Below, piece after piece: positions 12,486 to 22,801 of a DNA stretch of 64,000 bases. Source of the DNA: Mobula hypostoma (lineage: Eukaryota); the NCBI RefSeq assembly GCF_963921235.1, contig NW_026948158.1, positions 372,001 to 436,000 on the forward strand, given 5' to 3'. Numbering within the stretch: position 1 is the first letter of the stretch; each line of letters opens with the position of its first letter. The position numbers and the translations under genes are program-made. Under the pieces are notes generated by a model. The model was not told the origin of the DNA, did no database searches, and saw nothing but the letters and a program-made list of their open reading frames with translations.

Positions 12486-14588
12486 ATGGTGTATCCAGTC
12501 ATCTGGCGGATACGAAACATTTACTATCCTATTATTTCAGCCTTTGGAATACCCGGTAAGTCGCAGTGTCAGCTGCTGTTGGTGGGAAATAATGTTTATT
12601 TCCAATGTTGTGATTGTTCCTTTCACTGCCACATTCCAGTCCCAGTATTCCGCATTTCAGGTTTGGAATGGAAACACCGGGAATATGGATTGTGGGATCA
12701 GGATCTAAAATAAACGGCTACAGGAATTGAGGGATTCTGCCAACATCTGTGGAACTGAATGGGTCAGGCAGCGTTCTACCAACGGTTTGGGATCAATAAT
12801 GGGATGTTCGTGTTTCTGTATTTTTGGTCTTGTAGCAGCTGCACTGCATTTGCAAATATTGTGTTGAAACAGCCCGCGGACATTCTACCAATTGATTGTC
12901 CGTATTTGTATATGAGCGATTGACTGAGTTAGGTGCGGTGCTCAATCCATCGACTGGCAGTAACGCGTTAGCAAATGTCAGGAGTTCCATGATGTTTCAC
13001 GAGCCTGTTGTGGATTTTTAATAACTGTGCGCAATATTACTGAATATAAAGCAGTTGATGGACACACAATAAACACGAAACCCCAAGTAGCTTGTACAGA
13101 ACAAGAAAGCAGTTAACACACGTGTCTGGGGTCTATCCGAGGAAAGTTCTGTGGAGAACTGTTTTACCACATATTCTGTTTTAGCCGAATTAACGTTTCC
13201 AGCTTTTCCTGTTTTTGTTTCGTCCGTCGGCAGTTCTGTCGCTGACAGTGATCGCCATGATTGTCCAATGGAGGAATCCCGCCATCAGCGTCCGAACGAG
13301 ACGCGGAAGGCACCGGTAGAAAATGTTCCATCCAGTATTGACTCTGAGGAGGTAGTTACTCAGTTTTAGCTTTCCGCTGACATTTCACATTTCGGTCATC
13401 AGTAAGTAATCCGTATTCAAATTATTTTACTGTGTAAACTCCTTCCTTGTCTCCGCCTCTCTCGACCCTCCCACCGCGAAATTCAACAATAAAGTGGAAA
13501 TATCACAGGATCCCCTGAACCTGCTGCACTGGCTTCTAATCAGTATTTTCTCAACTTGTAGCCTCTCTCGGCCCTCCCACCACTAAATTGGCACAATTAA
13601 GTGGAAATATTACAGGATCCGCTCGAACTGCAGAATTGGATTCTGTTTGGAATTTCTCAAACTGCTGTTCCCTGTCTCTCTTCCAGCGAACTTGGTGGCG
13701 ATTGTGATCCTGTCCCGGGGAAAGTGCGGTCTCTCCAAATGTATCACTCTCTACCTTGTGGGAATGGCAGCGGCCGATCTCCTGGTCGTTATTTCGAATC
13801 CGCTGCTGAAGTGGACTGCTGAGATTTATTTTCCCCGATCATTCCTGTTCATCACTGCTGTATGCAGACTCGTCAGGTGGCTGATGTTTGCGAGCACTGC
13901 GACCTCAGTCTGGCTGACTGTCGCTTTCACCGTCGATCGATTTGTGGCTATTTGCTGTGAGAAGCTGAAAACAAAATATTGCACCGAGAGAACGGCGGCT
14001 GTGGTTATCGGGACAGTGAGTGTGCTGGCCTGTTTGGAGACTGTTCCCTGGGGCTTTGTGTACGGGGCTGGAAAAACAATTGATGGTGTTTCCTGGTATT
14101 GTGTTTTAACACCGAGCTTCACAAACTCTCCCTCATGGGCCGCATTTGAGATTTTTCACCGCATTTTCTACCCTTGCGTCCCTTTCATTCTGATGTTGCT
14201 GTTCAATATTCTGACTGTCAGGCGGATTCTAGCGGCCAGTCGAGCCCGCAGGGGGCTCCGGGGACAAAAGAGTGGAGAGAATGACAAGGACCGGGAGATG
14301 GAGAACCGACGCAAATCCATCGTTTTGCTCTTCAGCATCACCGGTAGTTTCATATTGTTGTGGGGAACACTGGTGGTATTTTCTATCTATAGACGGATTA
14401 CAAACAGTTATGTTCGTTCTGTCACGGATCCCCGTTACGTCACAGACCAAACATCGACAATGCTGCAGGTTCTCAGTTCCTGCACCAACACGTGTATTTA
14501 CGTCCTGACTCAGAGCAAATTCCGAGAGGAACTAAAGAATGCGGTGAAATACCCACTGAATCTGATTTTGAAACTCATGAAACGTTAG
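12486..14588 (+). CDS. Two-exon class A GPCR, GPR139/GPR142-like (exon 1 12486-12555, exon 2 13687-14588; 323 aa)
   Basis: Exon 1 MVYPVIWRIRNIYYPIISAFGIP ends G|gtaagt. A pyrimidine tract and ccag at 13686 join in phase 1 to give GIPANLVAIV (TM1). Motifs MAAADL (TM2), TVDRF (TM3) and SSCTNTCIY (TM7) are present. AATAAA at 14590-14595. Confidence 0.9.
13455..13670. repeat. Two-copy ~107-bp tandem duplication in the GPCR intron
   Basis: gcctctctcgRccctcccacc...aagtggaaatatYacaggatcc...ttctcaa occurs twice, immediately upstream of the splice acceptor. Confidence 0.85.
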
Positions 14589-14689
14589 AAATAAATGCTG
14601 TAAAGTATTACAATTTAGCTGCCTTCATGCGCCCTATTCTAGCTCCCCACTTGTGGGTAAATGGAAACAATGTGATGAACAGAGTTACA

Positions 14690-14858
14690 AAACAAACACG
14701 AGAAAATCTGCAGATGGTCGCAATTCGAGACAACAAACACAAAATCAGACCCTGATGACGTTTCTCACAGAAAATGCTGCAGGAACTCAGCAGGTCTGGC
14801 AGCATCTATGGAAACGAGTAAATTGTCGACGTTTCAGGCCGCCACCCTTCATCAGAAA
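14690..14858 (-). mobile_element. Penelope-derived short element with hammerhead motif
   Basis: Minus strand 14855-14825 reads CTGATGA-agggtggcggcct-GAAA-C-GTC-gac. Same family as 7621-7713. Confidence 0.75.
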
Positions 14859-15254
14859 TCTGTCAACTGTTTACTCGTTTCTATTATGTGTGTGTTGCTT
14901 AGTTTGACAAGACAGCTGTTTAAAGCTGATCCCGATGGCATCACTGGCTTCACATTCCCAGAGAAATCCTCTTTACACCTCACGTCCCGCCATGCTAAAA
15001 TTAAGCTCGAGGCGAACCTGTTTCCCCTGCTTTCCAGTTCTGACAAAACTGCCTGATCTTTGAGAATATTTTCGTCTCTATCAGCCACTCCTGCTCCCGT
15101 CAAAACCCGTCTTTTCCTTCACCCGCTTTTCTCCTCCTTCTCTACCTGAAGGTTTCCCTTCTCATTGCCACCTTGAACTATCTTTATGTAACAGAGACTT
15201 TTTTTTTACAATTGAAGACAAATTACCATTACCTTCACTTGAGGCTCTGTAAGA

Positions 15255-16040
15255 AATAGAGGGATAGAGAGATAGAGGGATAGATAGAAATATAGGGATA
15301 GATAGATAGAGAGAGAGAGAGAGATGGGGATAGATAGAGAGAGAGAGAAAATAGGGATAGAGAGAGAGAGAAATATAGGGATAGATAGATAGAGAGAGAA
15401 ATATAGGGATAGATATATAGATAGAGAGAGAGAGATAGAGAAATATAGGGATAGATAGATAGAGAGAGATAGATAGATAGAGAGAGAGAGATCAAAAGAT
15501 AGAGATAGTGGGTGCGAATGAGACATCGTGAAGGAGTGAGCGTGAGAAGGAGATAGCGCCAGGTTTGACGGTGGGAAGGAGAGAAAGTGAATGAGACCTG
15601 GCGAGAAAGGGGACACGGGGAAGAGCGCGGAAGGTAGAGAGCCTGAGGGAGCGAGCGTGAAAGAGAGCACGAGGGTGAGAGCGTGCACAGTGGTGAGCGC
15701 GAGGGCAAGCGAGAGAAGCAGACATCGCGTTCGGAGAGAGGAGTGGGAGGGAGACAGAAAGAGAGAGGGAGAGAGAGAGAGAGAGTGTGTGTGAGAGCGA
15801 GAGAGCGAATGAGACTGTGAAATAGTGAGCTGGAGAAGGAGACAGCTCAAAGGCTGAGGGCGCGAAGGATAGTGAGTGAATGAGACATCGCGAGTAAGAG
15901 GGTGCAAGGGAGAGCGCAGGAGGGACAGGACGGGAGCGAGGATGAGCGTGAGAAGGAGTAATCGCGAGTGGGAGAGAGGTAATGAGTCATCGCGATGGAG
16001 AGAGGGAGAGACAGAGAGGGAGAAGGAGAAGGGGAGGGAC
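15255..16040. repeat. Purine-rich (GA)n/(GATA)n compound microsatellite and degenerate repeat
   Basis: GA and GATA runs with recurring aaatatagggatag and gaatgagac units. Confidence 0.95.
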
Positions 16041-16439
16041 AGAACAGGCTGCATGACATTGTCGGATCTCTGTTTCTCTCGAACACTGAGATCGGACTGT
16101 GTGTGTGGTGGATGATCAGCATTATTTTGATTCATGTTTGCTAGTATTGTAGATATTTGTGTTTCTTTCTGTACTAAAACCGTGCGAGTTCTAATAAAGT
16201 GTTTTGTTTTAACACGTGTGCAGTCTCCTTTGTTTGCGAATGCATATGTAAACAAACTGAGCTGAATCAAAATGAATACTGAATGAATTATAACACAATT
16301 TTCCTTACAAAGAGGCTATCAGATAAGTTCCTGAACATACAGGAAATAGATAGATATGAATCACATGCAGTAAACTCTTTAGCCGAGGAGATGATACAGA
16401 CAGGAATATCTGTGGAAATGAGTGAGATTGCAGGAAAGT

Positions 16440-17600
16440 GCGTTACCTTCATCATGCTATGACCAAGGATGTCTCTGAGAAGGTACAGACCATTGTTAAA
16501 GGGTAGGATGAGAAGCCAGAAGTCATGGTCCTTATTAGAACTAACAACAGAGAGACAAGTTCCCAGAAGCAAAAGTTAAGGAGGTGAGCAGTGAGTTAAA
16601 AAAATAATAAAAACTCTGGGGTGGTGATTTCAGGATTACTTTCGATGTCACATGCTTGCGACGTAAGTGATCATATGCTACTGCACTTAAACGTGTGGCT
16701 CACAATCCGGGGCAGGAGGGACGGCATCAGGAACACTCATCATTGGGCTCTCCCGTATAGGAAGGATGGGTTGCACTGTAGGGTAAATCATATTCTCACA
16801 AAGAATCTTCCTGGAGCCACCATGATGATTTTGATCATGTGGCATCTGGAGGGTGTGTTGGTGTCCAGAGTTACAGGTGAGTAGGTTGCATTGGTGGAAG
16901 GTAGAGATGAGGTCAAAGAAAACCTAAAGGAAGTCAAGATGGGATCACCATAATGAGCACAGTGGCACCGAACGGCAAAAGTGAGTTTATTTCAGTGTAG
17001 GGGGAAAACTGTTAAGGCAGACATACCCAGATCCTGCATTTATACACGGCACGGTGATTCATCCGTTGCAGAGATCTGGTTGAGAGAAGGTCAGGACTGG
17101 TATCTAAACATTCCAGGATTTAGATGATATAGAGAGTCCAGAGGGAGCTGACTGAGGTTGAGGAGCCGCACTGCTGATCAGGCAGAATGTCACCAGCTCG
17201 AAGTCATCCCGGAAGCTCAAACAGTAAGACAATGTGGAGGGAGTCAGGAATAAGAAAAGTGTAATACTGTAGGCGTCACAATAGCCAGTAAAAGAGGGGA
17301 ACAGATATGTCAGCAGGTTACTGACTGATGTAAAACAATAGAATACCCCAGCTGGTTAATCTTCTCTCCAGAATGACTTGCACTTCCTTACCACCTAAGG
17401 ATTGGATGGGACATTATTTGTCAGGTGTATTTATGATGGTTTACAGAAACAGCATGTAAATGGTCCACCAGGGAGGGGACATACTTGAGATATTAGTGGG
17501 AAATGAGCCTAGCGAGATTAGTGGGGTTTCATTGAGATAGATTTACGGATTATAATTCTGGAGGTTTTCCGGTGGTTATTATGAAGGGTAAGTCTGAACC
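16440..17600 (+). mobile_element. Old CR1 ORF1 (esterase)/endonuclease remnants
   Basis: Decayed CR1-like motifs (VVISGLL; ...gggaaatgagcct) with many stops. Confidence 0.55.
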
Positions 17601-17614
17601 TGCAGGTGGACGAA

Positions 17615-18235
17615 TCAGAATCAGGGTTATTATCAACGGCATGTGTCGTGAAATTTGTTAATTAGTAGTCGCAGTTTAATCCAAAACATAATATAGAATA
17701 AAAAAGGAATAATAAATCAAGCAATCAATAAATAATTAAACCTCAGTGTACATGTATTGAATATATGAGAAATTGTGCAAAAAACTTAAATACTATATAT
17801 CAAAACAAGTCAGATGATTTCCAGGGGTTCAATGCCAATTTAGGAATCGGATGGCAGAGGGGAAGAAGCTATTAATGAATCACTGAGTGTGTGCCTTCAG
17901 GTTTCTGTATCTCCGACCTGATGGTAACAGTGAGAAAGGAGCATGCCTTGGGTGCTGAAGGATCTTAATAATGGATGCTGCCTTTCTGAGACACTGCTCC
18001 TTGGTGACTTTGTAGGCTTGCAGCCGAGATGGAGATGACTAAATGTACAACCCTCTGCAGCTTCGTTCGGTCCTGTGCAATAGCCCCCCATACCAGACAG
18101 TGAAGCAGCCTGTCAGAATGCTCTCCACGGTACATCAATTGACGTTTTTTGAGTGTACTTGTGGACATAACAAATCTCTTCAAACTCTAATGAAGTATAG
18201 TTGCTATCATGCCTTCTTTATAAATGTATCGATAT
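17615..18235 (-). mobile_element. Rex1/Babar-type LINE 3' remnant
   Basis: Similar to the LINE 3' ends at 35400-35740 and 38527-38820 (KLQRVV motif). Confidence 0.65.
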
Positions 18236-18713
18236 AGACATAGACATAGCATTGTACAGCACAGTACAGGCTTTTCGGCCCACAATGTTGTGCCGACCCT
18301 CAAACCCTGCCTCACATATAAGCAACCACCTTAAATTCCTCCATATACCTGTCTAGTAGTCTATTAAACTTCACCGGTATCTGTGCCTCGACCACTGACT
18401 CAGGCAGTGCATTTCACGCACCAGCTACTCTCTGAGTAAAAAAAAAACCTTCCTCTAATATCCCCCTTGAACTTCCCACCCCTTACTTTAAAGCCATGTC
18501 CTCTTGTATTGGGCAGTGGTGCCCTGGGAAGAGGTGCTGGCTATCCACTCTGTCTATTCCTCTTATTATCTTGTACACCTCTATCATGTCTCCTCTCATA
18601 CTCCTTCTCCCAAAGAGTAAAGCCCTAGCTCCCTTAATCTCTGATCATAATGCATACACTCTAAACCAGGCAGAATCCTGGTAAATCTCTTCTGTACCAT
18701 TTCCAATGCTTCC
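18235..18713 (-). mobile_element. CR1 LINE 3' end, truncated by the gap
   Basis: Translation EALEMVQKRFTRILPGLE..RLRELGLYSL. Confidence 0.85.
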
Positions 18714-18913
18714 NNNNNNNNNNNNNNNNNNNNNNNNNNNNNNNNNNNNNNNNNNNNNNNNNNNNNNNNNNNNNNNNNNNNNNNNNNNNNNNNNNNNNNN
18801 NNNNNNNNNNNNNNNNNNNNNNNNNNNNNNNNNNNNNNNNNNNNNNNNNNNNNNNNNNNNNNNNNNNNNNNNNNNNNNNNNNNNNNNNNNNNNNNNNNNN
18901 NNNNNNNNNNNNN
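18714..18913. other. Assembly gap (200 N)
   Basis: Run of 200 N. Confidence 1.
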
Positions 18914-19033
18914 GTTATAATAACACAACCACGAGGAAATCTACAGATGCTGGAATTTCAAGCAACACGCATAAAAGTTGCTGGTGAACGCAGCAGGCCA
19001 GGCAGCATCTCTAGGAAGAGGGACAGTCGACGT

Positions 19034-19325
19034 TATAATAATATACCACTTTATTGCCCCTACCTGTAGAATCAAACGTGTCTTCAAATGCCTCATACAT
19101 TTCATTTACATCCACAACTCTATGCCCTCTCCCTCTCTTTAAAAAACTTGCAACACCACCTCCTCTACCAACCAATCTATCACGCTTAATTACAATATAA
19201 CACTGGAAGGAAGAAGTTAAATGTGGTAACAAATCAGGTTTCCTGATACATATAACATCACATAGATTTGATAAATCAGAAATAAACTTGAAGTCTTGAC
19301 CATCAGAAATCAGGCTTCTGGAAAT
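19034..19325 (-). mobile_element. APE endonuclease fragment of a non-CR1 LINE
   Basis: RSLISDGQDFK..DVICI..RDRLVGRGGGVASFLK resembles the APE NARSL/DVICIQET/RDR..GGGV motifs. Confidence 0.7.
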
Positions 19326-19340
19326 CGCCCTTCTGATGCA

Positions 19341-19451
19341 GGCGGGGCGGGGGGTGCGGAATGTAGTGGGGCGTTTATGATTGGTGAAACAGTGCCTGAT
19401 CTGATTGGAAAGAGCAAATATTCCAATCACAGAGCTGCCTTATTCACCAAT
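19341..19451. promoter_or_regulatory. Orphan histone-type promoter (GC box plus four CCAAT boxes)
   Basis: GGGGCGGGG at ~19344, ATTGG at 19380 and 19404, CCAAT at 19423 and 19447. No adjacent histone CDS. Confidence 0.5.
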
Positions 19452-20139
19452 TAAGAGACGGCAACTGTTAAGCGCGAAAAATACCGTCTAACCGCCGAAA
19501 TAAACTGACATTTGCAAAACACCGCCAAAAAAACCTTTGTTGCTGAAATTAAACCACAACAGGTTTGTTTGTCGGCTCTTTACCCCCGTTACTGGAGTCC
19601 GACACACCCTTAACCAAAGTGTGGTTAATATTGCGATGGTGCCTGGGACATTAGTTCACCGATATCTTTCAATTGATAAACGATTGGAATAAAACCGATT
19701 CTCAGCTGCTGTTCGCGGTCGGCCATTGTGCAAACTCAAGTCAGTTTAGCAACGGGTCGCCCGTCAGAAAGTGGAGCTTTAACAAATACTCTGAACGACC
19801 CGTGACAGTGTTCAGCTCTCGCGTTGGAATGGGGTTAAGAGAAGTAACCAAAATGGGACAAAGCTTAGTGAACCCACGGTAATTAAACCAGAAACAATTA
19901 GCGTCCAAGTCAGAGAAATCTAATGACAGAGAGGAAGCGACGGGGAAAGGGGTGCGTAACGATTCCGTGTCTGGGCAGTTGGCAGGAATTAACAGAGAAA
20001 TCGGGATTATACTGAGCAGCGGACAGCAAATTCTGATTAACGGGGATAAGATTCTGAATGAGCATTTCAACAAAAAATTCCAAATTTACCTCAATTCCAT
20101 GTCTCAACATTGTGTAACTCTTTTAACGAAACCGTGAGT

Positions 20140-20155
20140 GGCTCTTAAAAGAGCC
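20140..20155 (-). terminator. Histone 3' stem-loop (H2B)
   Basis: AAA-GGCTCTTTTAAGAGCC-ACTCA followed by an HDE-like AAAGAGTT. Confidence 0.95.
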
Positions 20156-20192
20156 TTTGATTTTCCGGTTTGTTTTGTCAGTAAACTTGTCT

Positions 20193-20567
20193 TCACTTGG
20201 AGCTGGTGTACTTGGTCACCGCCTTTGTCCCTTCGGACACGGCGTGCTTGGCCAGCTCCCCGGGCAGCAGCAGGCGCACGGCGGTCTGGATCTCCCGGGA
20301 GCTGATGGTTGACCGCTTGTTGTAATGGGCCAGGCGGGAAGCCTCGCCCGCGATGCGCTCGAAAATATCGTTGACGAATGAATTCATGATGCTCATGGCC
20401 TTGGAGGAGATGCCGGTGTCGGGGTGAACCTGCTTCATCACTTTGTAGATGTAGATGGCGTAAGTCTCCTTCCTGGACCTCTTGCGCTTCTTGCCGGTCT
20501 TGCTCGCTGGTTTGGACAAAGCTTTCTTGGCGCCCTTCTTAGGAGCGGGTTTCGCTGGATCCGGCAT
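20193..20567 (-). CDS. H2B: Replication-dependent histone H2B (124 aa)
   Basis: [12 protein letters not shown]...[10 protein letters not shown], intronless, with a stem-loop. The true ATG is at 20567; the track's upstream extension is not H2B sequence. Confidence 0.98.
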   Translation of the reverse strand: MPDPAKPAPKKGAKKALSKPASKTGKKRKRSRKETYAIYIYKVMKQVHPDTGISSKAMSIMNSFVNDIFERIAGEASRLAHYNKRSTISSREIQTAVRLLLPGELAKHAVSEGTKAVTKYTSSK

Positions 20568-20619
20568 TTCCTCGTCGGTTTCAAACACAATAATGAGCAG
20601 AAGCTGCTCGGAGCGCGGA

Positions 20620-20739
20620 TTAAATAGGCAGCGCCCAAAGCGGTATGTTAATGAGGATGGGAATTCTGAGCATTTCCATTGGCTGTTTGGAGAAATGAGT
20701 CACCAATCGGAACGCTGGGGGATGGGAAGCGGCGCCAAT
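20620..20739 (-). promoter_or_regulatory. H2B promoter
   Basis: TATTTAA at 20620-20626, octamer variant ATTAACAT at 20645-20652, and CCAAT boxes at 20678, 20703 and 20735. Confidence 0.75.
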
Positions 20740-21984
20740 GGGCGGGGTTTACCGCTGTCGTTTGATGCGGGAGGAAGTACTGAAGGGCAGAGACAGGCCG
20801 GGGTGCGGGCTGAGATTGAAAAGGGAAACGCAAATTTCAAACGCAGAATTAAATAAAATCAGATGAAATTTTGTAAAAATTAAACACTAAGACGTTTAGT
20901 TCATGACATAGGGCAGCATGATAGTGAAGGAGAGATTTGGACATATCAATATAAAGTTCAAATGAGTTTACTGATGCACAGGTGAAAGGAACATCGTATT
21001 TGTAGCAGCATCACAGACACATTGCCTCAGAGACACAACATTGACAAGAACCACTGAAATTAAATATGAATTATACCAAAATATTCAAAGAGTCAGAAGA
21101 CTATCAGAACAAAATCAAAATAACAAAGAGATTATGCGGGCAGTGGGAGAATCATCCCTCTTGTGCTTCTTCAACTCGTCACTCTGGATTCAGTGTCACA
21201 CAACGCTGCCACTTTGATCTGGCCCATGCCTTCATTAACCAGGTCCAACACTTGCCTTTATTGGATCTTCCTCCTCCTTACACTAGTCATCGGGTTTGTG
21301 GGGGTGTGCCCAGGGTTAATTGGGGTGTGTGCCCCGTTGGACTTTAGGATTAGGTTTGAGGGTGGGGCTGGTGGTTGTATATGTGGGGCTGGGAGAGATA
21401 AGGCTGTAGAGTTTAGTATGGTGAGATATGTGGGGCTATGGTGGATAGGGTAGTGTAGTGTAGCCACTTCAATCTGGGCCATGCCTTCATTAATGTGGCC
21501 TGACACCACTTGGCTTAATGAACTGGGTGTTCAAAGGGACACATCATGAGTAATATTATTTAGGGTCATTGGGTGTTTCGGGTCTTCAATCATGAGACAT
21601 CCTCGCCTAGGCGACCCAGCCAGGGTTTATCCCATGGACTAACATAACGAGAGGCATGTAATTTTGCATGTTGTGGGTATTTTGGACCTTGTTACTTGGC
21701 TTTATTTTGATCATTTGGGTAATCGAATGTTCTGAGGCCTAGTTATCAGGCTCTACCTCCAAGTAAGGTTCAACTTCCCTACTTTAAATTTACACCTGTC
21801 TTTATTTTGCAACTGTGTGCCTGTGATTGCATGGATAAACAGTGTTTACTGCAGTACAAAGTAGTAATTAGGGTTGTGCAGATTGGTCCATAATTCCAAA
21901 ATGCAAACATCTCTGAAATCCAGGATTTTTTGTGCTGACATGACATCACAAATGGAGAATTTTACTCATGATTAAATTGCTTGT

Positions 21985-22420
21985 CTACTGAAGAGAGTTT
22001 CACGGCTCTGGGCCTCTATTCACTGGAACCTAGCAGAAAGAAGGGTTACCAAATTGAAACCTATCAAATAGTGAAAGGGCTTGATTGAGTGGATGTGGAG
22101 AAGGTTTTTCCTGTGGTGGGAGTGTCTAAAACTGGACCACACAGCTTCAAAATAGAGGGGCGTCCTTTTAGAATGGAGATGAGGAGGATTTCTTCAGCCA
22201 GAGAGTGGTGACTGTGTGAATTTTTTTGCCACAGGCAGCTGTGGAGGCCAAATCACTGGGTACAGGCAGAGATTGATAGATTCTTGATTGGTCAGGGCAC
22301 GAAGGGATACAAAGGAAGGCAGGAGATTGGGGTTCAGAGGAAAAATTGATCAGTGATGATGAAATGCCAGAGAAGGCTCGACAGGCAAAGTGGTCGAATT
22401 CTGCTCCTATATCTTATGAC
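21985..22420 (+). mobile_element. CR1 LINE 3' end, decayed
   Basis: ttcttcagccagagagtggtg... and 3' UTR match the CR1 tail at 37380-37620. Confidence 0.75.
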
Positions 22421-22574
22421 TAAAACTCTCCCAGAAACTGTTGATCTCAGCTTTGACTCAACCCAGCACCTGAGGCTCCACATTACTTATATAAGGAATA
22501 CGGAAGTTCTTTGTTCTTTGATTAAAGAAATATCATCTCATTTCAATCCTGAACGCTTGTCACCTCATTCTGAG

Positions 22575-22801
22575 CAACAGACACAAAATGCTGGAGGAAG
22601 TCAGCAGGCCAGGCAGCATCAATGGGAAAGGGTAACGAGTCGATGCTTCAGGCTGAGCACCTTCACGCTGAGATCTGATGGAAGGGCCTCGGCCTGAAGT
22701 GTCGACTGGTTACTCTTTCTGTTCTGCTGAGTTCCTCCAGCATTTTGTGTGTGTTGCTTTCGATTTCCAGCATCAGCAGATTCTCTCGTGTTTGTGATTT
22801 A
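22575..22801. mobile_element. Palindromic Penelope-derived element with two oppositely oriented degenerate hammerhead motifs, 14-bp TSD
   Basis: Inverted arms acacaaaatgctggagga...tcctccagcattttgtgt. CACCTCATTCTGAG occurs at 22561-22574 and 22802-22815. Confidence 0.85.

Noticed and set aside
13647-13686. ORF-track start of the GPCR (MEFLKLL...)
   Set aside because: Non-ATG start within the intron and polypyrimidine tract. The upstream exon supplies the true TM1 start.
15206-16270. 354-aa Ser/Leu-rich ORF
   Set aside because: Translation of a (TC)n/(TATC)n low-complexity tract.
18596-18987. ORFs spanning the N run
   Set aside because: Artefacts of the assembly gap.
20568-20588. N-terminally extended H2B (MFETDEE)
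   Set aside because: Non-ATG start in the 5' UTR. The canonical ATG is at 20567.
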